Assembly: GCA_963662795.1 (NCBI GenBank)
Contig: OY759746.1
Span: 3,328,001-3,392,000 of the forward strand
From: Spirochaetia bacterium
Lineage (GTDB): Bacteria > Spirochaetota > Spirochaetia > CADAEX01
Length of the DNA: 64,000 nt
Direction of reading: 5' to 3'
The position numbers and the translations under genes are program-made. The notes beneath the pieces were generated by a model. It saw only the letters and a program-made list of their open reading frames with translations. It made no database searches and had not been told where the DNA came from. This document shows, piece after piece, positions 20,159-30,424 of this stretch. Positions within the stretch are counted from its first letter, which is position 1; each line of letters opens with the position of its first letter.

Positions 20159-20866
20159 ATGAAAAATAAAATTATTATATTCCTGTTGTTATGCAGTACT
20201 CCTTTTATCTGCCTTTATGCCGAAGAAAATCTCCTGGGCAGGGGAGAAGAGCTTTTTATGCAAAATCGGCCCGCTGATGCGATACCTTTACTGCTTGGTG
20301 CACTTGAAAGAAATCCTGATGATGAAAAAATATTCCTGATGCTCGGAACTTCTTATTCACAGACTAAAAATTTCGAAAAGGCAGTAAATTATTTTAAGGA
20401 AGGAGCTAAAAAAGCATTAAAGAACAGGGATCTTTATTACTATAATGCGGGAAACACATATTATCTTATGGGGGAGTACCCTCTTGCTGAGGAAATGTAT
20501 TCCAGGGCAATTAGGGAGAACGGAAGCAGAAGCGGCAGCTATCTGAACAGAGCCAATACAAGACTAAGCATGGGTAAAAGAGAAGATGCTGTATCTGATT
20601 ATAAGGTATATCTTACAATTGAGCCTGATAATTATCAGAGAGAAACTATTCAGAAGCTTATTGATCTTCTGGAAAAACGGACCGGTGAAGAACTGATAAA
20701 AAAACAGCAGGATGAGGCAAGAAAGCTTGCCGAAGAAAAAAGAAAACAGGAAATGCTGAAAGATGTTCTGGATTCACTTAAAAACATAAGCGATGAAACA
20801 CGAAATGTTTCAGCAGGGACAGAAAAAATAAGCGATTATGAAGAAGAACTTGAACTTAAAGAATAA
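20159..20866 (+). CDS. Exported TPR protein
   Basis: Signal peptide; TPR motifs (YYNAGN, YLNRAN). Confidence 0.8.
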   Translation: MKNKIIIFLLLCSTPFICLYAEENLLGRGEELFMQNRPADAIPLLLGALERNPDDEKIFLMLGTSYSQTKNFEKAVNYFKEGAKKALKNRDLYYYNAGNTYYLMGEYPLAEEMYSRAIRENGSRSGSYLNRANTRLSMGKREDAVSDYKVYLTIEPDNYQRETIQKLIDLLEKRTGEELIKKQQDEARKLAEEKRKQEMLKDVLDSLKNISDETRNVSAGTEKISDYEEELELKE

Positions 20867-20885
20867 ATTTTTGTGAGGAAAACAG

Positions 20886-22736
20886 ATGAACCGTAGAATA
20901 TTGATAATCGCGGCAGCAGTAATTATTATCCTGCTTGCCCTTTTTTTTATAATCGGCAGTATAACCGGAAATAAAACTGATCCTGAAGGAGCCGGAGGGG
21001 CAGATAAACTCAGAACCAATACCATAAGGCTTGCGAAGGAATATTTTGAGAAGGGGGAATACCAGAGGGCCCTTGACCTGCTGGATAAAATTCTTATTCA
21101 GGATCCGGACGATAATGACGCAAAATCGCTCAGGGACAGCATATTGGCAGAAAAAAATGTCAAGTCGGCTGAGGAAAAGGAAAAAGAGCTTTCAATGCAG
21201 GATAAGCTTAAGGACAGCCTGGATGAACTTGGCAGCAGTTTGCAGGAAAAACGCCCTCAAGCGCAGCTTCCAATGCCGCCTGCCCAGAGTGAAACAGCGC
21301 AGGTTAAACCCAAAGATACTGCCGGATTATCTGCCGCTGAAAAAGAAAAGCAGAAACAGGTAAATGATCTAATAAAACAGGGAATTGAAAAAATGAACAG
21401 CGGCCGTCATCCGGCTGCGAGATCGGATTTTGATTCAGCGCTTAAAATTGATGATAATTCAGCAGAAGCCTGGGCCAGAAAAGGAGAATCCTTTCTGTCT
21501 GAAAACAGCAGCGACCCTGACAATTTAAAGGAAGCTGTTATAAATTCCAGGAAAGCTATTGAGAAGGATTCAAATTTATGGCTCCCTCATTATGTGCTTG
21601 GCCAGGTCTATAACGAAACAAGAGACTATTCGAGCGCTATCGATGAATTCAAACAGGCTTCAAAACTGAATCCTGAAAATTACCTGGTTTTTTACGAGCT
21701 TGGAAAAGCTCAGTACGCTGCCGGACAGTATCAGGGAGCAAAAAGTTCTTTTGAAAGCTGCGTCCACATTAAAAAGGATTTTGCCAACGGGCATTACAGG
21801 CTGGGCAAAACTTATCAGCAGACCGGAGATGAAAACCGCGCGTTAAAGGCATTCGGCGATGCGCTTAAAATTGACAGTAAATTTGACCTTTCCTGGTATG
21901 AAACAGGCAATATACTGAAAAATCAGAACGATTACAACGGGGCATATCAGGCGTATATGAAGGCGTATAACATAAATCCGAATCAGCCGGCATATCTCAT
22001 TCAGATAGGCAATATTTTGTCATGGCAGGGAAAATACAATGATGCTGAAGATTATTATCTCAAGGCCCTTACCATGCGGCCGCAGTCTGCAGAAATAAAC
22101 AACAATATGGCGCTTGTTAAAATAAAAGGGGGAAAGAGTGATGAAGCTGTTATTTACGCAAGGACTGCTGTAAAAATTGACCCTAAAAACGCCAGATATT
22201 ATTATACTCTCGGACAGGCATCTGAGGAAAACGGGGACCAGAGCTCTGCAGTAAAAGCCTACGGGGAAGCGATAAAACTTGATCCAGGTTATCAGCTTCC
22301 ATACATAAATCTCGGTAAAATTTATGATGATAATAAAATGTATGATGAAGCTCTTTCAATACTGCTTAAAGGGTATCAGCTCGGAAGTGATGATTTCGCG
22401 GTTAACAATAATCTGGGGATTGTCTATCTTCACAAAGAGCTATACAACGACAGCATCAAGCATTTTCTTTCTGCGGTTAAATCCAGACCTGATGCAACAC
22501 ATGCGCGGTATAACCTCGGGATAGCATATATTGAAACTTCACAGGACGATATTGCAATTAATACATTGAATGAGCTTATAAAAATCAGCCCTTCCTATTA
22601 CGATGCCTATTACCGGCTCGGGCACCTTTATATCAAAAAGGGAGATCAGAAAAAGGCCAATGAAATATTCAATAAACTGCTGGAGAAAAAGCCTGATTAT
22701 GAAAAGAGAAGTGAAATACTCACTCTGATAAACTAA
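20886..22736 (+). CDS. Membrane-anchored multi-TPR protein
   Basis: N-terminal TM and many consecutive TPR repeats; convergent with mutL. Confidence 0.85.
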   Translation: MNRRILIIAAAVIIILLALFFIIGSITGNKTDPEGAGGADKLRTNTIRLAKEYFEKGEYQRALDLLDKILIQDPDDNDAKSLRDSILAEKNVKSAEEKEKELSMQDKLKDSLDELGSSLQEKRPQAQLPMPPAQSETAQVKPKDTAGLSAAEKEKQKQVNDLIKQGIEKMNSGRHPAARSDFDSALKIDDNSAEAWARKGESFLSENSSDPDNLKEAVINSRKAIEKDSNLWLPHYVLGQVYNETRDYSSAIDEFKQASKLNPENYLVFYELGKAQYAAGQYQGAKSSFESCVHIKKDFANGHYRLGKTYQQTGDENRALKAFGDALKIDSKFDLSWYETGNILKNQNDYNGAYQAYMKAYNINPNQPAYLIQIGNILSWQGKYNDAEDYYLKALTMRPQSAEINNNMALVKIKGGKSDEAVIYARTAVKIDPKNARYYYTLGQASEENGDQSSAVKAYGEAIKLDPGYQLPYINLGKIYDDNKMYDEALSILLKGYQLGSDDFAVNNNLGIVYLHKELYNDSIKHFLSAVKSRPDATHARYNLGIAYIETSQDDIAINTLNELIKISPSYYDAYYRLGHLYIKKGDQKKANEIFNKLLEKKPDYEKRSEILTLIN

Positions 22737-22741
22737 GTTCG

Positions 22742-24505
22742 CTATACAATCCTGTTTATCCGGGCAAGAAGCTCTTTCCGGGTGATAGTCTGCCACACCG
22801 GCCTCCCGTGGGGGCAGTAAGGTGTTTCAAGATTAAAAGCTGCATTTATGATGGTTTCAGCTTCTCCCGGAGAGAGAATATCCCCTCCCTTTACTGCTTT
22901 TTTGCAGGAGGCAGTTGCGTATAACTTTTTTCTTACTTCGTTAATGTTTCCGGGAAATTCCATAATAATCGATGCAATATCATTTTTAATGCAGTTTAAT
23001 ATTTCGGGAAGAGAATCGATAAACCATCTGCCTGATTCGTCCCTTTCAATTATTATTCCGGTCTTTTTGTATTCTGAAAGCATTTCCTCTGAAAACTCCA
23101 TGCTTTCCGGAAAATAAAGCGGTACAAGAAGCTTCTGCATAATTTGTTTTTTGCTGCTGAAGGACTCATATATCGATTTTTCGTGCGCGGCATGCTGGTC
23201 AATGATATAGAGTGTCTCATCTTTTTCACACAGAAGAAAAGTGTTGAAAATCTGACCAAGGTATTTGAAATTTGCATCTTCGGTAAAAATATTTTCCGGA
23301 TTAAATGCTGCGGATGGAATTCCAGCAGGTGTTTTTTCTGCAACGGAAAATACCCTGCCTTCTGCGTTATCTTTGAGCCTGATCACCGGATCCGCATCTG
23401 TGCTGGATTGCGGATAGCCGGATATTTCTTTTTCATGGAAATTATTCCCGAAAAGATTTTCTTCCCTGGATTTGAATGTATATTCAGTTTTACCTGATGA
23501 GGCGCTGTTTTCTTTTAATGTTTTAATAATCAGTTCTGTAACTGAATGGTGTATCTGTTTTATATTTTTTATTTTTGCTTCTCTTTTAGCCGGATGGATG
23601 TTGAAATCTACCAGATCAGGTTTGTTATCAATGAATATTACAGCTGCAGGAAAATGTCCTCCCGGAAGATATTCCGAATAACCGTAAACTGCTGCCTGGA
23701 TCAGCGAATATTCCTGTATCCGTCTTCCGTTAAGGTAAATTTGGATATATTTCCTGTCCTTCCTGTATAAAACAGGATCCGCCAGCACTGCTTTTATGCT
23801 GTAGCTGCCCTCTTTTCCGGCCGGTTCGTATACTTCATATAAAAGCGACTGGTCCTGAAACACAGTGCTGTACGACAAAAGTATTCTTTCTTTTAATGAT
23901 GATACCGGCAGCATCTGTATAAGTTTACCGTCAATATAAAGTTTGAAGCTGATATCATGTCTTGCCGCCGCCTTTTCATAAAAAATGTTCCTGCATAATG
24001 TTGTTTCCGCTGAAGGGCTTTTTAAAAACTGTTTTCTGGCGGGGAAGGCGTAAAAAAGATCTTTTGCGGAAATTATTGTCCCTTTTCTTGCTTTTACAGT
24101 GCTGATTTCGTATTTTCCGCTGCTGTCAGTTTTAAGCGAATGTCCGGCAGATTCTGAATCTGTTGAAGTTATTATTTCAAGACGCGCTGAAGAAGCAATG
24201 CTGGATAAGGCTTCCCCTCTGAAACCGAGTGTACTTATGGAATAGAGGTCTTCTGCTGAAGATATTTTGGAAGTTGCATGGGGGAGAAAACAGAGCTCAA
24301 GGTCTCCCCTGTCCATACCGCTGCCGTTATCTGTTACCCTTATTTCTTTCATACCGCTTGATTCAATATTTACAGTAATATCGAGGCTGCCTGCGTCGAT
24401 GGAATTATCCAGCAGTTCCCTGAGTATTGAAGCGGGTCTGTCAATTACTTCCCCTGCAGCGATCTTAAGCGCGACCGACTGCTCGAGTATCCTTATCTGT
24501 CCCAT
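22742..24505 (-). CDS. mutL: DNA mismatch repair endonuclease MutL
   Basis: IAAGEVI.RP, HATSKI, GFRGEALSSI, DFNIHPAK.E, DQHAAHE, SCK.AVK, CPHGRP. Confidence 0.97.
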   Translation of the reverse strand: MGQIRILEQSVALKIAAGEVIDRPASILRELLDNSIDAGSLDITVNIESSGMKEIRVTDNGSGMDRGDLELCFLPHATSKISSAEDLYSISTLGFRGEALSSIASSARLEIITSTDSESAGHSLKTDSSGKYEISTVKARKGTIISAKDLFYAFPARKQFLKSPSAETTLCRNIFYEKAAARHDISFKLYIDGKLIQMLPVSSLKERILLSYSTVFQDQSLLYEVYEPAGKEGSYSIKAVLADPVLYRKDRKYIQIYLNGRRIQEYSLIQAAVYGYSEYLPGGHFPAAVIFIDNKPDLVDFNIHPAKREAKIKNIKQIHHSVTELIIKTLKENSASSGKTEYTFKSREENLFGNNFHEKEISGYPQSSTDADPVIRLKDNAEGRVFSVAEKTPAGIPSAAFNPENIFTEDANFKYLGQIFNTFLLCEKDETLYIIDQHAAHEKSIYESFSSKKQIMQKLLVPLYFPESMEFSEEMLSEYKKTGIIIERDESGRWFIDSLPEILNCIKNDIASIIMEFPGNINEVRKKLYATASCKKAVKGGDILSPGEAETIINAAFNLETPYCPHGRPVWQTITRKELLARINRIV

Positions 24506-24524
24506 TATTGAAATCCTTTCTGCA

Positions 24525-27500
24525 TCAGAACATTACCTTTCCGAAAATTCCTGCCTGAATACCAAGAAGATATATGTTTTTTTCATCTGAAACATAATCA
24601 TAAATTTTGTGTTTTTCCATACCAATCGATAAAACAGCTTTGAAATTCCCTTTTTCAGGAAAGACAAGAGCGGATTCATGGGTAAGGAGGATTGACCAGT
24701 AATTAATTTCGCTTAATGTGCTTTCAGGTGCTGTAGAATAAATAAGAGATTCTGTATGTGAAAAATAGGCTGGATCATCTTTCTCTTCAGCAAGATATTT
24801 CATATGGATTCTCTCTTTCGGACGGCGGATCCAGATGTATGAGGCAGAAGCATCATCGTAATAGTATTTCATGTCCTCTGAGTGGCTGTACACATACCTG
24901 AATTTGTTATCGATAATGAATTCTGTATCCTTATGTCCTGAAAAATAGAGACTGTTGCCGATTGCGTATTCCCTGTCCTGGGGGACCGGTGTATCTGTTG
25001 AACTCGCGGTAACAGAGAACCTTGTTATAAATTCATCAGTTCTGTAAAAATCGAAGACAGGCTCAATCCCTGTGGATCCGAACATGTTGACAGCCCTTGC
25101 CGTGTATTCACCGGTAATGCGGTAAATGTTAACAAAAGTGTCTTCATTTTTTGTAAAATCCTTTGAATACCGGAAACCAAGTTCAGAAGGGGCATATAGG
25201 TCTGAAATGCTCTGCCTCCGTCCCCGTGTAAGTTTTATAAATGCGGCAGGTGTATAGGTGCTTTTTGAAAGATAACTGCTTTTATCTTCAAAAGTCTCTT
25301 CAAATCCGTCCGAAAAAAATTCAGCGAACGGTATTCCGGTATAGAAATAACTTTGACCTGCAAAATCGCTGAACCAGAGGGCTGTATCGTCAAGAAAACT
25401 GCTTTCAGGCGCATCCCTGTTTGTGTATGAAAAACTCCTGGAATATCCCGGGGTAATATCCCACCCGTTTGCGCTTTTTTTATAAAACGGGAACTGAAGC
25501 TGCAGCAGTCCTGTGCTTGTCTGGCTCCTGTCCTCATCTTCTCCTGATGACTGTGTTCCGCTGCTGATAAGAACATCAGTTCCTGAAAATTCCCTCTTGA
25601 ACAGTATATTGTTTTCCGTCTCTATTGATCTGTCAGGCCATTTGTCGCTGTTATCCGCCGCAAGAAGTGAAAAAGAGTTAAGCCAGTTTTCCATATACCA
25701 TGAATCTTCAGTTGTGTAGCCGGATGAAATCTTTGTAAGGGATAAATCCGAGCTTCCGCTGATCGTTCCGTAAGTGTCTGATTTGTATTTAAAGTCCCAT
25801 TTCTGGGAAAGGTCGCTGTACAGGAGATATGATTCAGCCGATGCGCTGATATAACCTGTGTCGCCTGACTTTGCCTTCAGCTCATTCCTTTTTGAGAATG
25901 ATAAATTCCATTCATCCTTTGATTCACTGTAGTAATCTGAAAATGTCAGAAAATCCGTACCAAGGGGAGATGTATAGCTGTGATCTATTACCGAGTAAAA
26001 CTCCGGTTCTACCCATGAAAAGTCGAGATTAGTCTCAAGGTCTGAATTGAGAATACCGGTTTTGACAGTTGTTTTTGTCCTTGTATTGTTGGCATCGGTA
26101 TTTTCACTCAAATCAGTGCTGAAATCCTCTCTTACGTGCATGAAATCCTCTTTGAGTGTAAGGTCGCTTATTATGCTCTGCCCCCGTGCAGAAAGCAGCG
26201 TGCCCGGAAAAAATTGCTCATATCTGGTCGCGACAGCCCCGCTTAAAGATATCTTCGGGTCTGTAAGGTGGACTTCATCAAGATATAATTTACCGGCATC
26301 TGAATCTGATGTGATTTTAAGCATGGAAAGGCCCTTCTCTGTCGATGTCACCTTAACGCTTCCGTTCATGTTCTCTCCCGCAAGGTAAATGCGTTTTTTA
26401 TCTAGATCAATTTCAAGCTTTCTCCATTCATTAAAAGGATCAGTTGTAAAAGTTGCTGTAATACCCCTGCCTGATGTGTCTGTATAGGAAATTGTGAACT
26501 CCGCAGGGTCAGGCGTTCCGAGCTCAGGAATCCTGATATATCCTGCGAGTGTCCGGTACATATCATAAGGAACCGGGGTTGAGTAACCTGTGAGGGTATA
26601 GTCTGTTCCGTCCCAGCCCGATTCAAGCACCTTCTGGGTTGATGTAATGTCTAAATCACTGAAAAAGATGTCTTCTACCTCAGGATATGCTTTTACCAGT
26701 GTTTCAGGGGGCGCTTCCCCTGAAGAGTACCTCTCATAAACCTCTTTTGCGTAGGTTGAATCCTGGTTGGAAGCAGTAGCGCTGAAGGGAGAGCTTTCTA
26801 TAAAAAGTTCTCCGATGAGTATCCTTCCTGTTACAGCCGCTCCTGATTCATTTACATAAATAAACCTGACGGCAGATGACTGGGTTAGAAGCTTTTTTTC
26901 ATCTGATGTAAAGTTGTAATTTAATTTAATCCATTTACCTGATGATGATATATCGGGAAATGTGATTGCATAAACGGATAAAATATCATCAGCATCCTGT
27001 GTTACAATATTTTTCATATCCTCGAGGTCAAGTACCTTGTTAAGGTCATTATCCTCAGAATCTATTGAGCCGTTCCCCCTTGTCGTGCTTCCTCCTTTAC
27101 CGCCTACAAGAAGCACTGCGCTGTTTCCTGTATCGTTAAACGGAAAACCGTCTGAATATATGGAGTTTTCACTGTCAAGTACCCCGTCACCGTCAAGATC
27201 CTCGCTTACAGTTCCTATCTGGATATAAAGCTTGCCTGCTGAAACATCTTCGCATTTTATTTTAAACGAGATGCTTTCGGCGCTGCTTAAATCCTGGTTT
27301 TCCGAGTATTTTCGGAGCGGCACCTGGGCGCCGGCCCATTCATCATCATCAACATCCATATCCATGACAAGTATCTCCCCCTGGATTCCGTCATTGGATG
27401 CCTTTGCTGTATACGGGCCGGGAGGATTGCCTGTTTCATAGCTGTATATCTGGCTGTCAGACACATCCCATGTGTAATTGTTTAGCGATGCGCTGCCGAG

Positions 27501-29453
27501 GGAATAGCTGTAATAATCCTTGAATATCAGTTTCCCCCTGTTTCCCCTTTCGGCCGGGAAACTGCCTATGGAAATATTGTCTTCCGGCACACTCGAGGGG
27601 AATATATAGCTGCTGCCGAGCCTCATGGTTATGCCTGACTGCTGCATATCGAATAGCCGGAGTAAACCGGTGGTGTCGGGAGATGTAATTGAAACGCCTG
27701 TATCTATCCCCAGGGTAAAGTTTTCCCTTGTATATTCAAGACCACCTGTCGTAAGAAGGGAGCCTTTATACTGCTCAGGATATCTTGAATACTGATTTTG
27801 AAGGACATTCCACTTAATCCCGAAAGCAAGCTCTGCAGTCATATAATCGCCCAGAAAAAACCTGTTACCTGTCGCGAACAGCAGATCGCCGCCCTCAGTA
27901 TCGATGTATGAAGTCTTATAGGTAATTTTTATTTTGTCATTGGGATGTATATATGTTTTGAATGTTATAATACCGCTTGCATAATCTATATCGTACATTG
28001 ATTCCGCATATCCGTTTCTTTTTACTGTAACAGAACCGGGAACAATATCGGGATCAAGCGAAAAAGAGCTGACAGGTGAAAGAGTTTCAAGGCGCAGTTC
28101 CTTTACAAAGCTCCCCGGGACAGTTTTCTTTGAAAGCCCGTAAACAGGATTTAAAAACTTCCCGGAGAGGGGATACCTGTTATACATATCACGTACGCCG
28201 TTGGCATTCACATAAATATTTACGAGATTGTCTTCCGGTTCAGTCCTGAATTTAAGTTTTTCATCTATTACATCGGAATCGCTGCTTTTATCGGATATGC
28301 CGAAATTTATCTTTGATCTGTCGTCAGGGAGCTGTGCTGATGACTTGTAATATGAAAGTGATTCGAAAGGGGAGTATTCCCCTCGGTTGTAGATTAAAAG
28401 GGCCTGTTTGCCGTTGACAGTTACCTGCCAGTTGTCTGTAAGATCATAACTGAGAGTTGGATAATCTTCCAAAGCCCAGCTGAAATCTACAGCCCCGCTT
28501 GATGGAACCGGTGTCCCGTCAGCATCAACAGCGCACAAAGCTCCTTTCCCGATTGAAGTGCTTCCTATCGGGAATCCGTTTTTTGTGTAATAAACCAGGG
28601 CCCGGCTTTCAAGGGGCGGAGTAAATAGAACAGTTCCGTCATCGGAAGATATAACAGCTTCTGTATTTTCAGCCTTTTTATACCGTCTGCCGTCAGAACC
28701 CGTAAAACTTCCGTCATCATTTTCAATATAGACTTCAATGTTTTCAAAGTCCGTATCCGGAAGTATAAAGAGTCTGCCCCTGAAATAATCAGTTGGTACA
28801 AGGGTCTGTCTGTTAACTTCGTTTTTCCCTATAAATTCCTTGACTGCGAGTTCTGCCGGGTCATACCTTACCATCAGCTCATGCCATGTGTTTTCTGTCT
28901 TGAAAGCGGCAGATGCGCCCAGTGAATTGTTGGGTATTGATGAAATTGTTAAAAAACTGTAATCCTCAATATCAATTTTTGTATTACCGACAAGAACAGA
29001 CTGGACAAACTCATCCTCTTTCCCCTCATATCCGAGGAGAAAGGTATTCTGAGTTGAGTCTTCCTTGATTGTCGCTTCAAAGAAATACCTGTCCATAAGC
29101 CAGAGTGAAATTGTAAGGTCAGGGACCTGAGTAAAGGCAAGGCCGGGTGTCATCTGGGGGAAAGGGGCGGAAATATATTCACCTGATGAGAGATCGTATC
29201 CTATAGAACCTGTAAAAGATGAGTCCCAGGAGCCGAGCATGTATAAATCAACATCAGCATCATTAAGCTGTGTCTGGAATATAGCTTCGGGAGCTTCATC
29301 CTTTATGCTGGCGCTGCCTCTTTGAGTCTCATTTTTTTCTTCCGGATGTAAATACTGGGTTTGGGAAATAAAAATCAGGAGCAGAAAAAAAATGCCGTAG
29401 CAGTTAAATAAATGTTTCAAAATCTTACCTAACTTCCGGAATATCACATGCAT
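24525..29453 (-). CDS. Very large outer-membrane protein, distant SprA (T9SS translocon)-like
   Basis: Signal-like N terminus, C-terminal Phe, amphipathic strands; motifs LGYEGKEDEFVQSVLVGN, DY.RGR.FIL, VPGSVTV..YDIDY.SG, NRGKL, WAG, GKLYIQIG.VSED, DSEDNDLN in SprA order. Confidence 0.65.
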   Translation of the reverse strand: MHVIFRKLGKILKHLFNCYGIFFLLLIFISQTQYLHPEEKNETQRGSASIKDEAPEAIFQTQLNDADVDLYMLGSWDSSFTGSIGYDLSSGEYISAPFPQMTPGLAFTQVPDLTISLWLMDRYFFEATIKEDSTQNTFLLGYEGKEDEFVQSVLVGNTKIDIEDYSFLTISSIPNNSLGASAAFKTENTWHELMVRYDPAELAVKEFIGKNEVNRQTLVPTDYFRGRLFILPDTDFENIEVYIENDDGSFTGSDGRRYKKAENTEAVISSDDGTVLFTPPLESRALVYYTKNGFPIGSTSIGKGALCAVDADGTPVPSSGAVDFSWALEDYPTLSYDLTDNWQVTVNGKQALLIYNRGEYSPFESLSYYKSSAQLPDDRSKINFGISDKSSDSDVIDEKLKFRTEPEDNLVNIYVNANGVRDMYNRYPLSGKFLNPVYGLSKKTVPGSFVKELRLETLSPVSSFSLDPDIVPGSVTVKRNGYAESMYDIDYASGIITFKTYIHPNDKIKITYKTSYIDTEGGDLLFATGNRFFLGDYMTAELAFGIKWNVLQNQYSRYPEQYKGSLLTTGGLEYTRENFTLGIDTGVSITSPDTTGLLRLFDMQQSGITMRLGSSYIFPSSVPEDNISIGSFPAERGNRGKLIFKDYYSYSLGSASLNNYTWDVSDSQIYSYETGNPPGPYTAKASNDGIQGEILVMDMDVDDDEWAGAQVPLRKYSENQDLSSAESISFKIKCEDVSAGKLYIQIGTVSEDLDGDGVLDSENSIYSDGFPFNDTGNSAVLLVGGKGGSTTRGNGSIDSEDNDLNKVLDLEDMKNIVTQDADDILSVYAITFPDISSSGKWIKLNYNFTSDEKKLLTQSSAVRFIYVNESGAAVTGRILIGELFIESSPFSATASNQDSTYAKEVYERYSSGEAPPETLVKAYPEVEDIFFSDLDITSTQKVLESGWDGTDYTLTGYSTPVPYDMYRTLAGYIRIPELGTPDPAEFTISYTDTSGRGITATFTTDPFNEWRKLEIDLDKKRIYLAGENMNGSVKVTSTEKGLSMLKITSDSDAGKLYLDEVHLTDPKISLSGAVATRYEQFFPGTLLSARGQSIISDLTLKEDFMHVREDFSTDLSENTDANNTRTKTTVKTGILNSDLETNLDFSWVEPEFYSVIDHSYTSPLGTDFLTFSDYYSESKDEWNLSFSKRNELKAKSGDTGYISASAESYLLYSDLSQKWDFKYKSDTYGTISGSSDLSLTKISSGYTTEDSWYMENWLNSFSLLAADNSDKWPDRSIETENNILFKREFSGTDVLISSGTQSSGEDEDRSQTSTGLLQLQFPFYKKSANGWDITPGYSRSFSYTNRDAPESSFLDDTALWFSDFAGQSYFYTGIPFAEFFSDGFEETFEDKSSYLSKSTYTPAAFIKLTRGRRQSISDLYAPSELGFRYSKDFTKNEDTFVNIYRITGEYTARAVNMFGSTGIEPVFDFYRTDEFITRFSVTASSTDTPVPQDREYAIGNSLYFSGHKDTEFIIDNKFRYVYSHSEDMKYYYDDASASYIWIRRPKERIHMKYLAEEKDDPAYFSHTESLIYSTAPESTLSEINYWSILLTHESALVFPEKGNFKAVLSIGMEKHKIYDYVSDEKNIYLLGIQAGIFGKVMF

Positions 29454-29513
29454 GGGCAGCTCCGCAGCGGAGAGGAGTCAATGCATATTGCGGGTAAGGG
29501 CATCATGCATTAA

Positions 29514-30419
29514 TTACAGGCTTTCTTTCGCCCTGATAAGATTATACAATACTTTGTTTATAGTTACATCAATATTATGTTTTTGCCCAAGTTCGATCAT
29601 CTTGCCGGAAAGCATCTGTACCTCTGTTTTCCTTTTCGCTTCAGTATCCTGGCACATTGATGTTTTTCCATCACCGCCCAGGGAGGCGAGAATCCCGTAC
29701 CATTTAGTGAGGTCAGACCCGGAAAGATCAACACCTTCCGCATTTGCTACCTTGATTACCTCAAGCATTGTCTGGTCCATCAGTTCTTTGGCGTATACAT
29801 TGCTTCTCATAAACTCATAATTTGCGTTAAGTATGGCCGATACCTGGTTGATGCCTGTATTGATCATGAACTTGAACCACATAACATGCTTAATGTCCTC
29901 CGGTATTTCATGCGCAAGAGAGCATTCGATAAAAAGATCTTTTACCGGTTTAATATCATTTTCAGTAGTTGAATTATCAAAATGGCCGAAAAAAAGTTTG
30001 CCTTCGTTCGTGAAAATGGTAGCGTTTCCATCTCTTACTGCATCCATCCCAAGCGGAACAGACAAGAGTATTTTACCTTTTTTCAAACTGTTCTTTATGA
30101 TTTCTTCGCTGTCGATACCGTTAAGAACAGATATTATAACTGTCTCTTCCGTGACCATGTTTTTAATCTGTTCTATTATTTCAGGGAGATTGTGATATTT
30201 TACAGCAATCAGGATAAAATCAGGTTTAAATGCCGGGTTTCCGTCTGTGCATTTTACCGGATATTTTTTACCGTTAACGATAAGGCCGTCAGATTCAAGC
30301 CTTGTTTTTCTTTTCCCGTCAGCAAGAAAAAATATGTTCTTCTTTTTTTCAATAAATTTATGTCCGTAAAGCGCCCCAAGAGCGCCTGCGCCGGCAACAA
30401 GGATCTTTTCAATTTTCAT
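29514..30419 (-). CDS. panE: 2-dehydropantoate 2-reductase (ketopantoate reductase)
   Basis: GAGALG, AVK, LNG, W.KF..N..IN, KTSM.QD....RKTE. Confidence 0.9.
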   Translation of the reverse strand: MKIEKILVAGAGALGALYGHKFIEKKKNIFFLADGKRKTRLESDGLIVNGKKYPVKCTDGNPAFKPDFILIAVKYHNLPEIIEQIKNMVTEETVIISVLNGIDSEEIIKNSLKKGKILLSVPLGMDAVRDGNATIFTNEGKLFFGHFDNSTTENDIKPVKDLFIECSLAHEIPEDIKHVMWFKFMINTGINQVSAILNANYEFMRSNVYAKELMDQTMLEVIKVANAEGVDLSGSDLTKWYGILASLGGDGKTSMCQDTEAKRKTEVQMLSGKMIELGQKHNIDVTINKVLYNLIRAKESL

Positions 30420-30424
30420 CAGTA

